Source: Bdellovibrionales bacterium
GTDB lineage: Bacteria; Bdellovibrionota; Bdellovibrionia; Bdellovibrionales; UBA1609
Assembly: GCA_041690295.1 (NCBI GenBank)
Contig: JAWLHR010000015.1
Location: forward strand, 1-64,000
DNA: 64,000 nt
Direction: 5' to 3'
Shown: piece by piece, positions 58,805-64,000 of the stretch
How positions within the stretch are numbered: position 1 is the stretch's first letter
Layout of the letters: the number at the start of each line of letters is the position of its first letter
Program-made: the position numbers and the translations under genes
Notes under the pieces: model-generated
The model's input: only the letters and a program-made list of their open reading frames with translations
Told to the model about the DNA's origin: nothing
The model's database searches: none

Positions 58805-59205
58805 GCGAGCGAAGGAGTAAAATCAAAAGCGTCTTTATTGATCCCAAACTTCAGGTCCGTTATGGCGCCTTGTTCATGGCGGTTTCCATCTTGGTCCATT
58901 CGGTGGTGACGGTGATCATCGTTACCCTTTATAGCGCGAATATGAACTCCGCCACCCCCATTCCCTTTCCCATCATGGTCGCGATTCTGGTGGTGTTATA
59001 TCTCGTGATTTACGGATTTTCGTTCGTTCTCGGTTTTTTGATCACGCACCAACTTTACGGACCGCTGATTCGCATCGAAAATTATCTGACGAGCTGGAAA
59101 AACGGGGAGAACCCCGGGGAACTCGCGCTTCGGGCGGGAGATGATAAGCGCGTGCAATCAATCGTCCAGCTACTCAATGATATTCTAAAAACACGGTCCC
59201 ATTAG
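58801..59205 (+). CDS. Two-TM protein with HAMP-like C-terminus, paralog of 1964-2425
   Basis: FIDPKLQVRY, two TM, THQLYGP...LRAGDD; ATGA overlap with the upstream gene. Confidence 0.7.
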   Translation: MSERRSKIKSVFIDPKLQVRYGALFMAVSILVHSVVTVIIVTLYSANMNSATPIPFPIMVAILVVLYLVIYGFSFVLGFLITHQLYGPLIRIENYLTSWKNGENPGELALRAGDDKRVQSIVQLLNDILKTRSH

Positions 59206-59226
59206 CTCCGGAGAGTGGGGCGGTTC

Positions 59227-59751
59227 TTAAGGCTTCTCTTTTGGCGGCCAGTTCGGACCCAGATCGAGCGGCCAACCCGGCAGATCGTCGCTAAAGCGCA
59301 GAGTTTCGCGCTTCATCGTTCCACCTGACGGGCGCTCTTGGGGTTCGGCGGAGTTTACGGCTCCCGCCATCAACTTCGCCACGGTGATCGTGTTGACGAC
59401 ATCCGGGCGCGAAATCTTAACTAACTCTTCCAATTGGGTGAGCTTTTGCTCCACGATCTCCGCCGAAACTCTGTAGTTCGCGCGGATCTCGGCCACGAGG
59501 GTCTCCAAAGTCTCAAGAAGTTCATAAACCGGCAGCACGCCGGGATTGATCTGACCCGAGGGGCTTGCGACTTCATTGAGGTCAGCCCGCCACTCCGCGA
59601 TTTGCAGGGCCAGTTCATTCACCTTATCTTCCACCATCGGATTTATAAGATAGGGCTCGCAAGATTTTGAATGACCGGATCGTTTGGGTGGAACGGCCAA
59701 TGCGGGTGCGCTAAACGTAAACAGAAGTATAATTAATACAACTCTTTGCAT
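59227..59751 (-). CDS. Secreted helical hypothetical protein
   Basis: GAGGAG RBS; signal peptide (ALA); single Cys in SCEPYL. Confidence 0.7.
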   Translation of the reverse strand: MQRVVLIILLFTFSAPALAVPPKRSGHSKSCEPYLINPMVEDKVNELALQIAEWRADLNEVASPSGQINPGVLPVYELLETLETLVAEIRANYRVSAEIVEQKLTQLEELVKISRPDVVNTITVAKLMAGAVNSAEPQERPSGGTMKRETLRFSDDLPGWPLDLGPNWPPKEKP

Positions 59752-59814
59752 ATTCTCGGCTCCTCGCGGACTTGGGGAACCTTACTACAATTTATATGCC
59801 TTTTGGGGAAAAAA

Positions 59815-60756
59815 TCAGGCCGCCGACTTGAGCTTCTGGAATATGGCGACCAAGGCCTTTAAAACTTCCGGATCATAGCGGCCACCCAGCTTTCCAGTCA
59901 TCAGATCGATGGCGTCAGTCGGTAGCATGGGATCATTGTATGAACGCTTCGTTGTTAAAGCATCGTATGTGTCCGCCACCGAAACCACGCGCGCCATCGG
60001 GTGAATTTCGTCGGCGGTGAGCTGCTGAGGATAGCCATTGCCTTGCATGCTCTCGTGGTGTTCAAAGGCGCAGGCCATGATGTTCTGAGTGGAGTTATGT
60101 TCGGCGAGAATTTGCAGCCCATACTGGGGATGCTTCTGCATTTCACTCCATTCCTCGTCGGTGAGCGGTCCCGCTTTACAAATGATATCCAAAGAGATGT
60201 AGCGTTTGCCGATGTCGTGAAAAAGGCCACCAAGCCCAAGTTCTTTAAGATCGTTTCCGCTAAAGCCCACGAATTGACCAAGACCCAATGAATAGATGCT
60301 CACATCGATGGAGTGATTGTAGGTGTAAAAGTCGTGGCTCGAAAGTCCGATCAAATTCACCATGGCCGCGGCGTCCGAATCCATGAAGGCCACGAAATCG
60401 TCCACCACTTGACGGGCGTCGCGCAGGGCGTTTTCGATGTCCGGCCGCTCGAAAAGTTCCTCCACCAAAACCATCGTGCTTTCGCGAAGCAGTGTGGCTT
60501 TTTGTTTGGTGTCCAGTTCGTCGGACATCAGTCCGTCACGGACAAAATTCTGATAATTGGCGCGCTCGGAAGCGAGGATATAAAACTGCTCGGGGGCTTT
60601 CTTTTCGAAGTGATCGATCTTGGAAGCGCTGAGTTTATCGCCCGCACGGAGATAGTGGATCAGTCGTCCGCCGATGGAAATAAACAAATCGAACGGTAGG
60701 CTCCGGTGCGGCGGCAAACTTTGGAGCCGGATCTTCATGTACTTCTCGAGACCCAT
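59815..60756 (-). CDS. HD-GYP domain protein (cyclic-dinucleotide phosphodiesterase)
   Basis: YTYNHS, FHDIGK, HP..G, HHE...GNGYP, VADTYDAL; start 60756 or 60738. Confidence 0.9.
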   Translation of the reverse strand: MGLEKYMKIRLQSLPPHRSLPFDLFISIGGRLIHYLRAGDKLSASKIDHFEKKAPEQFYILASERANYQNFVRDGLMSDELDTKQKATLLRESTMVLVEELFERPDIENALRDARQVVDDFVAFMDSDAAAMVNLIGLSSHDFYTYNHSIDVSIYSLGLGQFVGFSGNDLKELGLGGLFHDIGKRYISLDIICKAGPLTDEEWSEMQKHPQYGLQILAEHNSTQNIMACAFEHHESMQGNGYPQQLTADEIHPMARVVSVADTYDALTTKRSYNDPMLPTDAIDLMTGKLGGRYDPEVLKALVAIFQKLKSAA

Positions 60757-60819
60757 GAGCAAATTGTGCCATGCTTTTATTGACTCTCCAATCAAAGATG
60801 GCATGTTAAAAAATCCGAA

Positions 60820-62886
60820 ATGGCCGTGCAATTTGACACTGACATTCAATTCGTCAAAGGGGTTGGCCCAAAGTTGGGTGATCTCTTCCGCCGTAAAGGC
60901 ATTTCGCGGGTTCAGGATTTAATCGAGTTTTATCCAAGAACTTACGAGGATCGCCGTGCGGTCCGGCACATCCAGTCTTTGGTCCCGGACCAGCTGGTGA
61001 GTATCAAGGCCCGCATCTTAAAAGTCCGCTCGATCCCGATGGGACGATCCCATCGGCGGATTTATGAAGTGGTGGTTGGTGACACCACGGGACGGATTTC
61101 GTGCAAATTCTTTCGCGTGCCGTACCGTGGCTATTTCGAAAGGTTCGAGCCGAACCAGGAAGTCCGGGTGATCGGTAAAGTGACTTTTTATCGGGGCGCT
61201 AAAGAATTCCATCATCCCGAAATTCATCCGATCCAGGCCGATGAGGAAAACGAGAATGATCTGATTCCGGTTTACACCGAAATCGAAGGATTGAGTTCGT
61301 CACGCATCGGACGGCTCGTGCAGACGGTGATTGATAAGCCCATTCCCGAAACACTTCCGGCGTGGGTGAGGGAGAAATACGGACTTTTAAGTTTAAGTCA
61401 GGCGCTCAAGGAGATTCACGACCCGCCGCTGGATCAAGCGGATCTTTATTTGAAAATGCAGGCGCCGGCGCAACGGCGGATCATTTTCGACGAGTTCTTC
61501 ACCGTGGAACTTCACTTGGCCTTGAAGCGAGCGGGGATCGAGCGCGAAAAAGCGGAACCGATTTTATCAAACGGTGAATTCGCCAAGCGTCTTTCGGAAA
61601 GTTTGGAGTTCCAACTGACCGGCGCGCAACAACGGGCCTACTCGGAAATTGTCAGTGATTTGCGAAAACCCCATCCCATGCACCGTCTGGTGCAAGGCGA
61701 TGTGGGTAGCGGTAAAACCTTAGTGGCTTTGATGGCCACGGCTTTCGTGGCGGAAGCCGGCCGTCAAACCGCGCTGATGGTTCCGACGGAAATCCTGGCG
61801 GAACAACATTACCAGAATGCCAAAAATCGTTTGGGCCCGCTTGGCATCAAGAGCGCGCTTCTCACCAGTCAGATCAAGGGCAAAGAGCGCCAGAAAGTGA
61901 TCGAAGCGCTGCAAAGCGGGGAAATTCATTTATGTGTCGGCACTCACGCCTTGATTCAAGATGATGTGGCTTTCAAGAATTTAGGACTTGTGATCGTTGA
62001 TGAGCAGCACCGATTCGGCGTCGAGCAACGGAATAAACTCAAGCATAAGGGCATTTCACCACATTTTTTGGTAATGACCGCCACGCCCATTCCGCGCACG
62101 CTCGCCATGACGGTTTATGGAGACCTCGACGTATCCATCATCGACGAAATGCCAAAGGGTCGTCAGCCGATCGTCACGCGTAAGACGTTCCAAAGCAAAC
62201 GTCCGTTGGTGATGAATTTCGTTCGCGATCAGCTCAAAGCCGGACGCCAAGCTTATATCGTTTATCCGTTGGTCGAAGAAAGCGAGACCATGGATTACAA
62301 AAACGCGGTGGAAGAATTCGAAAAAGTGAAACAGGAATTTCCCGAATATCAGGTGGGGCTCCTTCACGGGCGCATGAAACCGGCCGAAAAAGAAGAAATC
62401 ATGAATCGCTTCCGTCGCAACGAGATTCAGATTCTGGTGGCGACGACGGTGATCGAAGTGGGCGTGGATGTGCCCAATGCCAACATCATGGTGATCGAGC
62501 ACGCGGAACGGTTCGGACTCTCACAGCTTCATCAATTGCGTGGTCGCGTGGGCCGAGGATCTTACAAAAGCTATTGCGTGTTGGTGCTGGGATACGCGCT
62601 GACCGATGAAGCCACTCAACGCGCGGAAATTATGGAGCGCACCAATGATGGATTCAAAATCGCCGAGGCCGATTTGGAAATGCGCGGCCCTGGTGAGTTT
62701 CTGGGCACACGACAAAGCGGACTTCCGGGATTTCGCATGGCCAACCTGGTGCGTGACGCACAAATTCTGAAAGAGGCCCGCGAAGCGGCGTTCACTTTGA
62801 TCGATCGCGATCCCACACTCAGCCACCCCGAACACCAACTTTTGAAAGTGAAATTGGACGACCTTTATAAGCACTGGGTCGGGTAG
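60820..62886 (+). CDS. recG: ATP-dependent DNA helicase RecG
   Basis: QGDVGSGKT, PTEILA, DEQHRFG, MTATPIPRTL, HAERFGLSQLHQLRGRVGRG. Confidence 0.98.
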   Translation: MAVQFDTDIQFVKGVGPKLGDLFRRKGISRVQDLIEFYPRTYEDRRAVRHIQSLVPDQLVSIKARILKVRSIPMGRSHRRIYEVVVGDTTGRISCKFFRVPYRGYFERFEPNQEVRVIGKVTFYRGAKEFHHPEIHPIQADEENENDLIPVYTEIEGLSSSRIGRLVQTVIDKPIPETLPAWVREKYGLLSLSQALKEIHDPPLDQADLYLKMQAPAQRRIIFDEFFTVELHLALKRAGIEREKAEPILSNGEFAKRLSESLEFQLTGAQQRAYSEIVSDLRKPHPMHRLVQGDVGSGKTLVALMATAFVAEAGRQTALMVPTEILAEQHYQNAKNRLGPLGIKSALLTSQIKGKERQKVIEALQSGEIHLCVGTHALIQDDVAFKNLGLVIVDEQHRFGVEQRNKLKHKGISPHFLVMTATPIPRTLAMTVYGDLDVSIIDEMPKGRQPIVTRKTFQSKRPLVMNFVRDQLKAGRQAYIVYPLVEESETMDYKNAVEEFEKVKQEFPEYQVGLLHGRMKPAEKEEIMNRFRRNEIQILVATTVIEVGVDVPNANIMVIEHAERFGLSQLHQLRGRVGRGSYKSYCVLVLGYALTDEATQRAEIMERTNDGFKIAEADLEMRGPGEFLGTRQSGLPGFRMANLVRDAQILKEAREAAFTLIDRDPTLSHPEHQLLKVKLDDLYKHWVG

Positions 62887-63037
62887 GTCTCCCACACGGT
62901 GTTTTGAAAAAAATTCAAAGATGGTGCCGAAAATTGTGAATTTGCCCCTGCTTAATTGATTATACGTGTCAAAAATGATAAACAACCTTTCTCAGTGGGG
63001 ACAACCCTTTCAGGGTTTAGGCAATTTGGAGGCGTTC

Positions 63038-63526
63038 ATGGTTTCATTTAAGGTCGGGGATAACGCTGTTTACCCGGGTCACGGGGTCGGTCGTGTTACG
63101 GCGATTGAGACCAAAGAGATCCTCGGCACAAAACACGTCTTCTACAGCATCAACATTCTCGATTCTGGAATGAAAATCATGGTCCCTAAGAATCGCGTGG
63201 AAACCGTGGGCCTCAGACCGATCATTTCGCGCGAAGAAGCCAAAAAAGTGATCGAAATTCTCAAAGAGACCAATGTTAAAATCGACAATCAGACCTGGAA
63301 CCGGCGCTATCGTGAATACATGGAAAAAATCAAAACCGGCTCGGTCTATCAAATTGCCGAAGTTCTGCGCGATCTGTTTTTGCTGAAAGTGGAAAAAGAG
63401 CTGAGTTTCGGCGAACGCAAGATGCTCGACAATGCCCGTCAGCTGCTGTTGCGGGAACTTTCGTTGGCCACGAGCACCGAAGAATTGAAAGCCCAGGAAG
63501 AAGTCCGGGCCATTTTCAATTTGTAA
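63038..63526 (+). CDS. carD: CarD/CdnL family RNA polymerase-binding regulator
   Basis: FKVGDNAVYPGHGVG, WNRRYRE, LSFGERKML; GGAGG RBS. Confidence 0.93.
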   Translation: MVSFKVGDNAVYPGHGVGRVTAIETKEILGTKHVFYSINILDSGMKIMVPKNRVETVGLRPIISREEAKKVIEILKETNVKIDNQTWNRRYREYMEKIKTGSVYQIAEVLRDLFLLKVEKELSFGERKMLDNARQLLLRELSLATSTEELKAQEEVRAIFNL

Positions 63527-63570
63527 GTCCTTTTTCCCGCCGGGAATTCATTGTAAGATAACGCATTTAA

Positions 63571-64000
<430 letters not shown>

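Noticed and set aside
59786..59801. Sigma-54-like AGGCATATAAATTGTA upstream of the 174-aa secreted protein
   Set aside because: Spacing fits but the -12 element is GT rather than GC, too weak to call.
60759..60771. TGGCAC-AAT-TTGC upstream of the HD-GYP gene as a sigma-54 promoter
   Set aside because: The spacer is 3 nt rather than 5 and the element is too close to the start codon.

Overview
A gene-dense, GC-rich bacterial chromosome segment. Its gene content suggests a predatory Bdellovibrionota-like organism (inference): many secreted hypothetical proteins, orphan HAMP proteins, a STAS/Zn-ribbon protein, a short HemA and CarD. Recognisable blocks are tesA-ybbA-ybbP-like ABC genes; cobB; a heme operon (hemA, hemC fused to a hemD-like domain, hemL, an embedded histidine kinase and OmpR-type regulator, hemE, hemN, hemY/G, hemH, a 2OG-Fe(II) oxygenase); tRNA-Leu(GAG); queD; nirK-cytochrome c with FGE/NirV-like and SCO genes; queA-tgt-yajC-secDF-queC-DUF366-like; nfuA-like, MFS, fbaB and lysS; a minor-pilin-like cluster; HD-GYP, recG, carD and the start of gltX. 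The most unusual signals are four. (1) A tandem pair of very large, divergent paralogous secreted/membrane proteins (1380 and 1242 aa). (2) A shared terminal C-E-x-x-L motif with an apparently unpaired Cys in those two and in two unrelated secreted proteins, a candidate sorting or tethering signal. (3) A structured RNA with GGA-loop hairpins, resembling a CsrA target or sponge. (4) Several candidate operators: an 11-bp-period repeat before hemA, CRP-like boxes and perfect palindromes. No CRISPR array, rRNA, transposase or integrase was seen. All family assignments come from motif recognition by eye, not database searches.
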